Virus record (IMG/VR): IMGVR_UViG_3300046168_000050
Source: a virus
Direction: 5' to 3' (one strand)
Length of the DNA: 64,000 nt
Positions within the stretch are counted from its first letter, which is position 1; each line of letters starts with the position of its first letter. A program made the position numbers and the translations under genes. The notes under the pieces were generated by a model. The model had not been told where the DNA came from and made no database searches. It was given only the letters and a program-made list of their open reading frames with translations. This document shows, one piece after another, positions 28,389 through 37,427 of the stretch.

Positions 28389-29443
28389 TATCCAGCTCCT
28401 GCACCTGTTAAGTAATCATTATAATCGTGACCATCATTTTCAACATCGTTTCTATTAAGAGTTCTTTCTTCAACAAAATTTAGACTAATATCTACTTCTT
28501 GAGGATTTCCATCTGTATGAAATGCCATTGCATTAGGGTTATAAACTGCATCAAAGCCTTGAAGAAAACATGGCAACAAACCAGTTGCTACTTGCTTAGT
28601 TTCTCCTGGTATCCCAGCATTTAAAAAGTTTCCATATTCCATTGTTATATTAAATTTAGATGGATATTTTAAAGTAAGACTTGTTCCTTGAGCCTGGCTT
28701 ATCGGCACGCCTATGTCTGGGTACATTGCAACTCTAAACCATTTTATCATTTTTTTAATAACTTCTGACTCTTTTGCTGAAGTAGGAATTAATTTAAATT
28801 GAAACCTAAACGTTCTAAGCCCCACACCGTTTAAAATATTTCTATTATTTGGATTGATGGTCACTCCAGTAGAAGTAGCAATCGCCCCTGCTATTTGAGG
28901 CGCACCAAATCTTTTAGCTGTTCTTTGCACCGCCGCGGCAGCGCCGGCGTCACCTAGATCACCAAATGCCGCTGCTGCAATATCACTCATGATACTTTTA
29001 AGAGCTTCTCCACCTAAAGCAACGGCACCAGTCCCGGCAGCAACACCTTGCATAGCAGTAGCACCAATTGCACCTAATTCTAAAGAACCGTACTGAATAT
29101 TATCCTGAACTTGAATTGATTGCGGTAGATAGAGAATAGCCTCACCTTTATTAATAGTTTTATTGGATTTTCCTTTTACGGTTTGATGTTCACTTCCAGT
29201 AAGACCAGATGTTAATATATCTTGTATAGAATTAAATTCATCTGCTGCAGCAATTCCCGCAATAGGAGCCGCGTCTACTCCTAAGGAAGCTAGGCCCTGA
29301 TTAGCAAGACTCGACAAACTCTGATAGTCTTCATCAAAGGCTTCGAACCGAATAAAACCTCTATAATCATCTTTATTTTCTAGAGGAAAAACAAATTGTG
29401 GACTATATGTATTGATAGTAAATGGATATGGATCATTGGGCAT
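28388..29443 (-). CDS. gp48: Baseplate tail-tube cap gp48
   Basis: LYLPQSI...D...Y, NPN....F/L.G..LRTF.FQFKL.P.S..E...I..I..FR.AM.P, L.F.E. Confidence 0.85.
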   Translation of the reverse strand: MPNDPYPFTINTYSPQFVFPLENKDDYRGFIRFEAFDEDYQSLSSLANQGLASLGVDAAPIAGIAAADEFNSIQDILTSGLTGSEHQTVKGKSNKTINKGEAILYLPQSIQVQDNIQYGSLELGAIGATAMQGVAAGTGAVALGGEALKSIMSDIAAAAFGDLGDAGAAAAVQRTAKRFGAPQIAGAIATSTGVTINPNNRNILNGVGLRTFRFQFKLIPTSAKESEVIKKMIKWFRVAMYPDIGVPISQAQGTSLTLKYPSKFNITMEYGNFLNAGIPGETKQVATGLLPCFLQGFDAVYNPNAMAFHTDGNPQEVDISLNFVEERTLNRNDVENDGHDYNDYLTGAGAG

Positions 29444-29454
29444 ATTTGCAAGCC

Positions 29455-29484
29455 TATAAATAGAATTTTATGAGATTATTTATA
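29455..29484. promoter_or_regulatory. Pair of opposed late promoters: + TATAAATA 29455-29462 and - TATAAATA 29477-29484
   Basis: Two exact motifs at the 40-bp gap between divergent gp48 and gp4. Confidence 0.8.
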
Positions 29485-29996
29485 TGGCTTATTCAGGTAA
29501 ATACATAGTAAAACATAGAACTAAATATAAGGGTGATCCAGACAAGGTAACCTTTAGATCCATGTGGGAAAGATATTGTTTTGTATGGTGCGATAATAAT
29601 CCTAACATAAAAAATTGGTCTTCAGAAGAAGTAGTTGTACCATATTTATGGGAAGTAGATAAAAAATACCATCGCTATTTTACTGATTTAAAAATAACCT
29701 TTAAAGACAATAGGACTATACTTGTAGAAATAAAGCCAGATAAAGAAACGAAACCACCTAAGCGGCCTGATAAATCAAAACGCTATATAGGTGAGGCAAT
29801 GACTTACGTTAAAAATATGAACAAGTGGAAAGCAGCAAATGAGTATGCCAAAGATCGTGGATGGGAATTCCAAATATGGACTGAAAAGACTCTTACTGAA
29901 ATGGGTATCATGCCTTCGCAGAGTAAAAAAGGTGCGTTGAAGCCCCTTAGGCCGATAAAGCCTATCAGTAGAAAAAAAGTCTTAAAAAAGAGATAA
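29484..29996 (+). CDS. gp4: Head completion protein gp4 (TnsA-like nuclease fold)
   Basis: MAYSGKY......KYKGDP....FRS.WE...W.SEE..VPY....HRYF.D....LVEIKP...KW.AA. Confidence 0.93.
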   Translation: MAYSGKYIVKHRTKYKGDPDKVTFRSMWERYCFVWCDNNPNIKNWSSEEVVVPYLWEVDKKYHRYFTDLKITFKDNRTILVEIKPDKETKPPKRPDKSKRYIGEAMTYVKNMNKWKAANEYAKDRGWEFQIWTEKTLTEMGIMPSQSKKGALKPLRPIKPISRKKVLKKR

Positions 29997-30005
29997 ATAA
30001 GCTAC

Positions 30006-30590
30006 ATGAGCAACTTATTTCAAAAAATAGAACAAGACGCCTTTAGGGCAGGTATTACGCCACGCACAAGTCAGTCGCGTGACTGGTTTCGTCGTAAGGT
30101 ACAAGGTATCAGACGAATCAATAGAAATCAATTAATGAAAGATGAGCAACTATCTCTCGGCAGCAGACGTCTTATTGGATCAATGCAGATGTTTTTCTAT
30201 GATCCTAAGCATAAAGATAAACTCCCGTTCTATGATAGCTTTCCGCTTACTATTGTATTAAGCCCTGCACCAAAAGGATTTATGGGACTTAATTTGCATT
30301 ATATACCACCTACGCTGAGAGCAAAGTTTTTAGACTCTTTATTGGATATTACAAATAATAATAAGTATGACGAGACAACTAAATTTAACGTTACATATAA
30401 TACATTAAAGAGAGCATCTAAGTTTAAATATTTTAAGCCGTGTATCAAACATTATCTTGCGGGAAACGTGAGAAGTAGATTTGCTGAAGTACACGCGCCC
30501 GAGTGGGAGATCGCAGCGTTTCTTCCAACCGCTGATTGGCAAAAAACAAGTGCTGCAGCTGTTTATTCTTCTTCAAGGAAAATGATCTAA
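30006..30590 (+). CDS. gp2: DNA end protector gp2
   Basis: FFYDPKHK.KLPFYD.FPL.....GF.GLNLHY.PP..R, KPC.KHYL, W..A.FLP. Confidence 0.93.
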   Translation: MSNLFQKIEQDAFRAGITPRTSQSRDWFRRKVQGIRRINRNQLMKDEQLSLGSRRLIGSMQMFFYDPKHKDKLPFYDSFPLTIVLSPAPKGFMGLNLHYIPPTLRAKFLDSLLDITNNNKYDETTKFNVTYNTLKRASKFKYFKPCIKHYLAGNVRSRFAEVHAPEWEIAAFLPTADWQKTSAAAVYSSSRKMI

Positions 30591-31303
30591 TGATAGATAA
30601 ATTTAAAGGGCTTATATCTAAAAGAGATGGCATGGCTAGGTCAAGTGTATTCCAGGTCATACTTCCTTCTATCAACGGAGTAAGAGGAGAAGAAGTAAAC
30701 CTCTTATGCAAAGATGTACAGTTACCAGGCAGACAGATACTAACTAGTGAGCGGCGGATCGGCATGCAAGTTGAGAAAGTTCCGTACGGGTATGCAATAA
30801 CAGATACAAGTATGACATTCCACGTGATGAATGACTATGGTATTAGAAAGTATTTTGAGACATGGCAAAACTTGGCAGTTAATCAAGAAACAAAGGAAGT
30901 AGGATACCAAAGAGGGAAAGAGGGTTATGCCAAACCTGTTCTAATTAAGCAACTTAAAAAGGGATTTGGTCTTCCAGTGTATTCTACACCACTTGGGCTA
31001 CCAAAACTGCCGGCAGAAATTCAAAGCCGATTGCCTAAAATCGGACCATTTGATTTTGCACAAGGTGAACTTGATTTAGATTTTGTTACAAAAGATCAAG
31101 TCGTTTATAGTTGCAGACTCATAGATGCTTTCCCGACATCAATGAATGCTATACAATTAAATAACGAGTTAGACGGTTTAGTTGAGCTTAACGTTCAGTT
31201 ATCTTATACTAACTGGGAACCAGTAGAATTTGGCGTTCAAAATGCCACTGAGAAATTTATTAAAACACAAATAGGGACCGCACTTAGCAGAGCATTTTCG
31301 TAA
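30590..31303 (+). CDS. gp54: Baseplate tail-tube initiator gp54 (gp19-like fold)
   Basis: Start moved to ATG 30590 (TAATG overlap). G.AR...F.V, LC..V.LPG, YF..WQ, L..AFP........L......L.V..SY. Confidence 0.75.
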   Translation: MIDKFKGLISKRDGMARSSVFQVILPSINGVRGEEVNLLCKDVQLPGRQILTSERRIGMQVEKVPYGYAITDTSMTFHVMNDYGIRKYFETWQNLAVNQETKEVGYQRGKEGYAKPVLIKQLKKGFGLPVYSTPLGLPKLPAEIQSRLPKIGPFDFAQGELDLDFVTKDQVVYSCRLIDAFPTSMNAIQLNNELDGLVELNVQLSYTNWEPVEFGVQNATEKFIKTQIGTALSRAFS

Positions 31304-31315
31304 AGGATGAAATGA

Positions 31316-32020
31316 ATGGCACTACCCAAATTAAATGATGTACCAAAGTATGAAATCACTATTCCATCAACAGACAAAAAGGTATATTTTAGACCGTTTT
31401 TAGTTAAAGAACAAAAGGTTCTGCTAATAGCATTAGAGTCTCAAGATGAAAAACAGATATTACAGGCAGTAGTAGATACTATTAAGGCCTGTATATATGA
31501 AGATATTGAAATCGATAAGTTAGCAATATTTGATCTTGAATATATTTTTCTACAAATCAGGGGAAAAAGTGTAGGTGAGAGCGCTGATCTTATAATGAAG
31601 TGCAGAGAATGCGACCACGAAAATAAAGTTAAAGTAGATCTAGAAGATATAAAAATTAAAAAGGGACCTGACAAAAAATTTGTTCTTAATGACCAGTTTA
31701 CTATAGAAATGAAATATCCATCCTATGAGATTATTTTAAGAGAAGATATGAATACAGATTCGGCTGTAGAAAATATTTACAACACTGTTTTGTTATGCAT
31801 GAGTTGTCTCTATACGGAAGATGATATTATTAGGTTTGAGGAATATACTGATGAAGATAAAAAAGAATTTATGGAAAGTCTTACGTCTGAACAATTTGAT
31901 AAAATTGTAACATTTGTTAGTAATCTTCCTGCAATAACATATGATTTAGAGTATGACTGTGAATCGTGCGAACATAGTAATAAAGAAATATTAAGAGGAA
32001 TACAAGATTTTTTATCCTAG
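31316..32020 (+). CDS. gp26: Baseplate hub assembly protein gp26
   Basis: MALPK...P.Y...IPST...V.FRPFLVKE.K.LL.A, D.EYIFL.IR.KSVGE, two CxxC motifs, terminal L.G..DF. Confidence 0.93.
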   Translation: MALPKLNDVPKYEITIPSTDKKVYFRPFLVKEQKVLLIALESQDEKQILQAVVDTIKACIYEDIEIDKLAIFDLEYIFLQIRGKSVGESADLIMKCRECDHENKVKVDLEDIKIKKGPDKKFVLNDQFTIEMKYPSYEIILREDMNTDSAVENIYNTVLLCMSCLYTEDDIIRFEEYTDEDKKEFMESLTSEQFDKIVTFVSNLPAITYDLEYDCESCEHSNKEILRGIQDFLS

Positions 32021-32205
32021 GCCTCTCTCATGATAGTTTAATAAACTATTTCAGGGTAAACTATCAGTTAATACAAAATCATAAGTATTCATTAACTGAC
32101 GTAGACCAAATGATACCGTGGGAGAGGGAGATTTATGTTAGTATGCTTATTGATGATATTAAAAAAATGAATGAAGAAAACCAAAGACAAAATATGCAGA
32201 GGTAA
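32011..32205 (+). CDS. gp51: gp51 baseplate hub assembly domain, with no own start; probably reached by a -1 frameshift from gp26
   Basis: The -1 frame reads FILGLSHDSLINYFRVNYQLIQNHKYSLTDVDQMIPWEREIYVSMLI..., the gp51 motif HKYSL....M.PWER.IY. The first in-frame ATG lies inside the motif. Stop at 32203-32205. Confidence 0.85.
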   Translation, partial: FILGLSHDSLINYFRVNYQLIQNHKYSLTDVDQMIPWEREIYVSMLIDDIKKMNEENQRQNMQR

Positions 32206-32207
32206 CT

Positions 32208-34121
32208 ATGGCAAATTTAAAAGCAGTAGTAGAACAATTAAAAGAGCAAAACGGTGTTCTCACTAGTGTAAATGAGAACATTTCTGCTATGCTTAAAGGC
32301 CAGATTCAAGAATCTTTGGATAACCAAAGAAAAGCCGGCGATGAAGAAGAAGAAAAAAGAGAAGCTCGCAAAAGTAGGATTAAAGATAGGGATAAGCCAA
32401 CTCCAAAATCGTTTAGCGGAGGGTTTGTTGCAGGAGCTGGATTAGGAGGCTTATTAGACGGGTTTAAAAATGCGCTGGGCGGTACCGCCGGCGGCTTGGG
32501 CATAGGGGCTTTACTGGGCATGGGAGCAGGGAGATTGTTTATGCCTGCTTTAGGCGCTTTACTCGGAGTTAAATATCTAGATAAATGGGTTGATCCCATT
32601 ATTGATAAGATCACTGGTGATGATGCAACTTGGTCAATGTTTGGCAAGCAAATAGATGCATCTAAAATTGTATCAGGATTTGCTGGAGGTCTGGCTCTTA
32701 TTTTCGGCCCTAAGTTAATTAGTACAGCTGTTAGTAGTTTACTGTCAGGAGGGGGAAGAGGTCCTAACAGTAATGGCCCAGGACTAAGAAAAACATTTTT
32801 AAGTAGATTAGGAATCGGAGGCATAGCTATAGCTGTAGCAGATTCTGTAGGAGACTTTGCTAAAACTTTAACCGGGTCAAAAGATTTTGCTGACACCGTA
32901 TCTAATGCGATGGCGGCTACAGGGGTAGGGTTTATGGTCGGAGGGCCAGTTGGTGCTCTTGTGGCCGCCGGAGCTTATATAGCTTACGAGTCAGTGTCAG
33001 CTATCGCCGCTTGGATGAAAGGCAAAGGCGATAGAATGAAGCAAAAGCAACTTGAAGAATTAGATAAGTTGCAATTAGATGTCGACAGGCTTATTCAAGA
33101 AGGTAAAGATGAAGCTGCAGGCGAAGTAGCAAAGTCCATGATTGCAAGTCAACGCTCTTTCATGTCTGGAATATTTCAAGGCCAACTAGCAGCAGATGAA
33201 GCATCGTATTTTGCTGATAAATCTAGAACAGCATTTGAAGGCGCGAAGGCTGCAGGAGATACTTCTGCGATGGCCGCCGCGACTGAACTAGAAGCAGATG
33301 TATTGGGTAGAAGCGATGTTGGTTATGATGAAGGATTAGATCAATTTCGTAGATTAACTAATCAGCTTATTGAATCAGGAGCAGATGCTACAGCTGCAGC
33401 AACTCAAATTGCTGTTTCGGCTTCATCTATAGGAGGAGCCTTTACTGATGCCGCGGAGGCAGCTAATGATTTAGCTGCTAAAAATATTATATTAGAAGGT
33501 GAAAGAACTCATCGTATACAACAGGCAGGAAGAAGAATTGGCAGATCTAGATTTGGAGATGCTGAAGCCAGAGTAGGAACCACTCAAGAAGTCTTTTTAA
33601 GGGATTTATTAAGAAGAGCTAGTACTGAAGCAAATGCAGAACGGTTAGCTGGCATAGTATCTCCTATGGATAGTCCGTTTGGAGCTGCAGTAACGCTATC
33701 AGATGCTGCGGCTATGTTTGCAGTTGAATATAAAAAGATATCTAATGAACAAGCCCTAGAAAATTATTACAAAAATAATCCAGAAGCCGCTGAAAAGTCT
33801 GTTCTTAATTTATTCTCAGGCATCTTAAATAATATGGGATTAAGAGCGTATAAAAATAGCCAAGATAGTTCACCAAATCTTATGCCGGCAACAGACAGTA
33901 GAGAAACTAATTTTGATATACTTGACTCATTTGGTGCTCTAGCTGCAGCCGGTAAGTCTGCGCCAATTGTTGTAAATGAAGGTGACATTATTACAAATAA
34001 CAATAATGCTGGAACTAGTATGCCAAAACCTGCTCCTAAGTCTGCAGTTGATGCTGTTGCAACGACTAAGCAAATGATCAGAGGTTTTGCCGGTGCTCAT
34101 AATAAGTGGATGATGGATTAG
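32208..34121 (+). CDS. Tape measure / gp29-like protein
   Basis: 637 aa, helical and Ala/Gly-rich with hydrophobic segments; follows gp26/gp51; C-terminal PIVV....NNN motif. Confidence 0.7.
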   Translation: MANLKAVVEQLKEQNGVLTSVNENISAMLKGQIQESLDNQRKAGDEEEEKREARKSRIKDRDKPTPKSFSGGFVAGAGLGGLLDGFKNALGGTAGGLGIGALLGMGAGRLFMPALGALLGVKYLDKWVDPIIDKITGDDATWSMFGKQIDASKIVSGFAGGLALIFGPKLISTAVSSLLSGGGRGPNSNGPGLRKTFLSRLGIGGIAIAVADSVGDFAKTLTGSKDFADTVSNAMAATGVGFMVGGPVGALVAAGAYIAYESVSAIAAWMKGKGDRMKQKQLEELDKLQLDVDRLIQEGKDEAAGEVAKSMIASQRSFMSGIFQGQLAADEASYFADKSRTAFEGAKAAGDTSAMAAATELEADVLGRSDVGYDEGLDQFRRLTNQLIESGADATAAATQIAVSASSIGGAFTDAAEAANDLAAKNIILEGERTHRIQQAGRRIGRSRFGDAEARVGTTQEVFLRDLLRRASTEANAERLAGIVSPMDSPFGAAVTLSDAAAMFAVEYKKISNEQALENYYKNNPEAAEKSVLNLFSGILNNMGLRAYKNSQDSSPNLMPATDSRETNFDILDSFGALAAAGKSAPIVVNEGDIITNNNNAGTSMPKPAPKSAVDAVATTKQMIRGFAGAHNKWMMD

Positions 34122-34143
34122 GGGCGACGCTAGCCGCCCCCAA
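34118..34143 (-). terminator. GC-rich hairpin between convergent gp29-like and gp32
   Basis: Minus-strand GGGGCGGC-UAGC-GUCGCCCC stem-loop; weak U tail. Confidence 0.6.
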
Positions 34144-34147
34144 TATA

Positions 34148-35071
34148 TTAGTCTTCTGCTGCTAGTTTAGCAAAATACGACATGGTGTCATCATCATCCA
34201 TAGATGAACTTTCTGCCGTAGCTGCAGGTGCTGATGGCATTGCAGGCTCAGGAGCGGCTGTTACCGGAGAACTATAAGACTCTGTAGTATCTAATGATAC
34301 CTGCTCGCGGACAGTTCGTGGTACAGACTCTCCAAGGACTAGAGCAAGACGTGACTTAAGTTCGTCATATGTCTTATAGCTTTTTGGATCAGTCCATTCA
34401 GTCATTTCATGTTGTTTTTCATAAATGACTTCTTTTTTCTCATCGTCTCCGGCAAGTAATTCCGAAGCTGACTTAAACGAAGAAGCATCATAGTTTGGAT
34501 AACCTTCGACCTTACGAATCTTAAGCGTAAAGTCTGCACCTTCCCACATATCAAATGGATTAACCGGAGCTTCATCAGGAAACTGAGGCTGCATGCTATC
34601 CATAATCTTGTCAAAGATTTTCTTGCCGAAGCGATAAAGTTTAACTTGACCTTCGTTCTCTGGATTTGCAGGATCTGAAATAACTAGTACGTTTGCAATA
34701 TATCGTAAGTTACGTTTGCGCTCACGTACAGTACGTTTGGCTTCGTCAGAGCCATCTTCATTCCACAGCTTACTGTTACTTTCAGCTAATGGATCTGGTT
34801 GACCAATAGATGTAAGAGACTTCTCTACATACCATTGACCTGTTGGGCCTTTGAAGAAGTGATCCCAGTACCGAACCCATGGTGTTGGGGCTTCTGCGTC
34901 TCCTGGTAGGAAACGGATTACAGCGTAACCATTGCCAGCCTTATCTCGTGTTGGTGTCCAGAAGCGTGGATCTTCTGATTGACGTTGAGATTGTTGACCT
35001 GTGTTTTCTTGAGCCTGATTAATCAAGCTATTAAGATCAGTACGATTACGTTTTAGTGCTGCAAAACTCAT
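34148..35071 (-). CDS. gp32: Single-stranded DNA-binding protein gp32
   Basis: D.RFW.P..DK.GNGYAVIRFLP, GKKIFDKI, NPFD.W.GADF.LK, Y.NYD.S.F, acidic tail SYFAKLA. Confidence 0.96.
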   Translation of the reverse strand: MSFAALKRNRTDLNSLINQAQENTGQQSQRQSEDPRFWTPTRDKAGNGYAVIRFLPGDAEAPTPWVRYWDHFFKGPTGQWYVEKSLTSIGQPDPLAESNSKLWNEDGSDEAKRTVRERKRNLRYIANVLVISDPANPENEGQVKLYRFGKKIFDKIMDSMQPQFPDEAPVNPFDMWEGADFTLKIRKVEGYPNYDASSFKSASELLAGDDEKKEVIYEKQHEMTEWTDPKSYKTYDELKSRLALVLGESVPRTVREQVSLDTTESYSSPVTAAPEPAMPSAPAATAESSSMDDDDTMSYFAKLAAED

Positions 35072-35121
35072 ATATATTTTCCTTGTATGTTACAATATGT
35101 TTTAATGTTTATAGTATGAAC

Positions 35122-35151
35122 ATTATATATCAATTTACTCAAAAGGTAAAC
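35122..35151 (-). promoter_or_regulatory. Sigma70-type promoter for gp32 (GTTTACC-N17-TATAAT)
   Basis: -35 TTTACC at 35150-35145, 17-nt spacer, -10 TATAAT at 35127-35122; AU-rich leader. Confidence 0.6.
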
Positions 35152-35368
35152 TGTTTTGTCGAGGCAGAAAATTTAAATTCATTGCTTCTGCCTCCAACTT
35201 CGTTTTGATGATCGGTGATATAAACTTTTTTACATCCTCCAATTCAACGTTATTATCTTCACACAACCAGATGATTGCGTCCATATAAGATGATCTATGC
35301 GACTTAACAGTCTTTTCAATTAACTTTGCGAACTCGCTTTTTGTTAGAAATTTTTCTTTGTCTTGCAT
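35135..35368 (-). CDS. gp33: Late transcription coactivator gp33
   Basis: F...IE..V......YMDAI...C....E.E...K.IS..IK.KLE.EA..LNFLP; start moved to MQDKEK; adjacent to gp32. Confidence 0.9.
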   Translation of the reverse strand: MQDKEKFLTKSEFAKLIEKTVKSHRSSYMDAIIWLCEDNNVELEDVKKFISPIIKTKLEAEAMNLNFLPRQNSLPFE

Positions 35369-35909
35369 AGTCTTCAGCTGCCATTTCGTTTGTATACTCT
35401 CCGCCGATATCAGCATAAAATACTCCTGGAGTTCTTTTAACTGTACCATCAGGATAGTATGCCATTACTGTACAGCTATGTTTAATTTTACTTTGCTTCT
35501 CGGCACCATACCGAAAATCACGATAGACACCATCAGTCAGATAGCGCTGCAGATTAAATACGTATGTTTCAGTATCATAATACTGTTTACGCATTGCAGA
35601 ATCTTTACTATCTTTCTGATGTTTTAAGGCTTTCAGCATTTCTTTCTGCTGCTTAAGCCATTCTTTTACTTTCTTTGGGGAAAGCAAATGATCGTCAGGC
35701 AAGTTACGAATCGACTCGTCAATTGACATATGCTTAGCCGGTCCTCTAGCTTCTCTTGCCTTTGCCATACGTTCAACTAATACAGCCTTCTGTTCGGGCG
35801 TTAATACTCGTTTTTTACGTGGTTTTTTAACAGGCTTTACAGTAGATGTTTTTGCCAATTCTTCACGAATCTGATTGAGTTTAGACTTACGAGCCATGAT
35901 GATCTCCAT
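35316..35909 (-). CDS. Conserved hypothetical basic protein
   Basis: Lys/Arg-rich with a K..LT.EQK....ER..KAR motif; SD GGAG; early promoter upstream. True start may be 35897. Confidence 0.65.
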   Translation of the reverse strand: MEIIMARKSKLNQIREELAKTSTVKPVKKPRKKRVLTPEQKAVLVERMAKAREARGPAKHMSIDESIRNLPDDHLLSPKKVKEWLKQQKEMLKALKHQKDSKDSAMRKQYYDTETYVFNLQRYLTDGVYRDFRYGAEKQSKIKHSCTVMAYYPDGTVKRTPGVFYADIGGEYTNEMAAEDYARQRKISNKKRVRKVN

Positions 35910-35924
35910 TCATAATATAATACT

Positions 35925-35984
35925 ATTCTATCACAGTTTTGCTGTAATGTACATAAAAACTTTTTATTAGAAATCAATCAGTTA
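35925..35984 (-). promoter_or_regulatory. Early-type promoter TGTACA-N17-TAGAAT with IHF-like box
   Basis: -10 at 35930-35925, -35 at 35953-35948; AATCAAtcagTTA at 35972-35984. Confidence 0.75.
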
Positions 35985-36188
35985 TAATTTTTTTTCGTCA
36001 TACTCATATAGTTCATATTCACCATCAACTAATTTAGCTCTTACAAATCGCTTTTTGATTAGCGCCACAATTGTGGCTTCAATAACTTCTTCTGTCTCAT
36101 GGCGTGACATGTCGCGACCAAATAAAAAACCGACTATAGCTACACCACCAAGAAGAAGCCACTGAATAATAGAAAGTGTAGTAAACAT
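35982..36188 (-). CDS. Small membrane protein
   Basis: N-terminal TM helix; late promoter TATAAATA at 36220-36213. Confidence 0.6.
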   Translation of the reverse strand: MFTTLSIIQWLLLGGVAIVGFLFGRDMSRHETEEVIEATIVALIKKRFVRAKLVDGEYELYEYDEKKL

Positions 36189-36220
36189 ATGGTTTCCTTA
36201 ATTATGAATGACTATTTATA

Positions 36221-36481
36221 CTATGTGAAAGAGATGACATTTGCAACGCGAAAAGAACGAAAACCGCCCTTTAATGTATCAAATGCTACGATTGTTTCTT
36301 CATTAATATCACGAACCTTTTTTTGCGTAATAGGTTCATTCTTCTTAGCGTCAGGCAGAACATCTTCAATTAGCGTGCACATCATATCACGCTCTTCACC
36401 ATTTACTTTTTTAAAAATGACACGGCAGACACGTTTCTGCAATTCATTAATCATATATTCGCGAGAGCTTGAGTCAATCAT
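36221..36481 (-). CDS. WYL_2 / Sm-like SH3 protein
   Basis: L......V.F.KVNGE.R.M.CTL....AFD....GFRSFR motif. Confidence 0.75.
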   Translation of the reverse strand: MIDSSSREYMINELQKRVCRVIFKKVNGEERDMMCTLIEDVLPDAKKNEPITQKKVRDINEETIVAFDTLKGGFRSFRVANVISFT

Positions 36482-36672
36482 TTATAGGGATCCTTTACTT
36501 TGTAAGTTAAATCGATATTCGGGTTCTGGTTCTTTTTTAATTCTTTTACGCCAAGTGTGTGCATAAAAGTAGGATCAGCCATTAGTATGTCAATGACCTT
36601 TTCCCAATCTTGAATTTTACCTTCTAGATATTGCACACGTCGATCGAGATGTGCAACCTGATAGTCTGACAT
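36478..36672 (-). CDS. Hypothetical protein
   Basis: Coupled ORF with SD GAGGAG. Confidence 0.55.
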   Translation of the reverse strand: MSDYQVAHLDRRVQYLEGKIQDWEKVIDILMADPTFMHTLGVKELKKNQNPNIDLTYKVKDPYK

Positions 36673-36673
36673 A

Positions 36674-37015
36674 TTATCTCCTCATCGATGCAGCATCTAT
36701 CGCTGCTTGTTTGTTATCTTTACGGACTGGCATTAGATTTGATTTATGTGTAACTACAATACCAGCGATTTCATCACCTGTATAGCGACTACGTTCTTTT
36801 GCAAGACCATTGCCTGCTATACGATCACTCGTCATACGAGGACCACAATTATAGTCAGGTAAGTCAGGCCTATAACTTGACTTACCTGAAACAAGTTTAT
36901 CTAGAAACTTTTGATGTTCGGCTTCCGCCTTTAATAATTTATTCGATTTTCGTTTCGCCTTACGGCGTTTCCCTACACCATGGACTTGAACTCCTCTAAT
37001 CATATGCATAGACAT
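36674..37015 (-). CDS. Conserved hypothetical protein
   Basis: YTG..I.GI...HKSNL.PV......D...MRR C-terminus typical of T4-like early ORFs. Confidence 0.7.
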   Translation of the reverse strand: MSMHMIRGVQVHGVGKRRKAKRKSNKLLKAEAEHQKFLDKLVSGKSSYRPDLPDYNCGPRMTSDRIAGNGLAKERSRYTGDEIAGIVVTHKSNLMPVRKDNKQAAIDAASMRR

Positions 37016-37221
37016 TAAGCTGCCTCCTTATAATGTTGATCGAATGTGCCATAGATACGTAACTTAACATTACGAATATGGTTACATGGTTTACGTGGCG
37101 CTTTTTTACAAGAACAACTGAAACCCTCAGGATGCATGGTGACAGTACCTTTGGCATAAATCCATTCAGTACCGACCATCCAATGGTCCTGAGTATCAAT
37201 GAGACTAGTACTAAAAATCAA
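37015..37221 (-). CDS. SWIM zinc-finger-like small protein
   Basis: CSC......PCNH (CxCxnCxH); ATGA and TAATG couplings. Confidence 0.65.
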   Translation of the reverse strand: MIFSTSLIDTQDHWMVGTEWIYAKGTVTMHPEGFSCSCKKAPRKPCNHIRNVKLRIYGTFDQHYKEAA

Positions 37222-37424
37222 TCTGTGTACCTCCTATCAACTGCAGATGCATCCCATACATACTTGTGCATTCTAGGATCACCTACTATAACAACATCAC
37301 TATCACCAACTTCGCTATAGACACGAGCGTCCATATATTTGTGATAGTAGGCAGGACCACCGAAAACCCTGCGAGCTGCCTCATAACGAGCCTCACTCAT
37401 ACCAACATAGTGTACAGTTCTCAT
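37218..37424 (-). CDS. Hypothetical protein
   Basis: 68 aa; its SD AGGAG lies inside the upstream RNA stem. Confidence 0.65.
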   Translation of the reverse strand: MRTVHYVGMSEARYEAARRVFGGPAYYHKYMDARVYSEVGDSDVVIVGDPRMHKYVWDASAVDRRYTD

Positions 37425-37427
37425 AAT

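Noticed and set aside
32306-34003. Minus-strand ORFs inside the tape-measure gene
   Set aside because: Antisense shadows of Ala/Gly-rich coding sequence.
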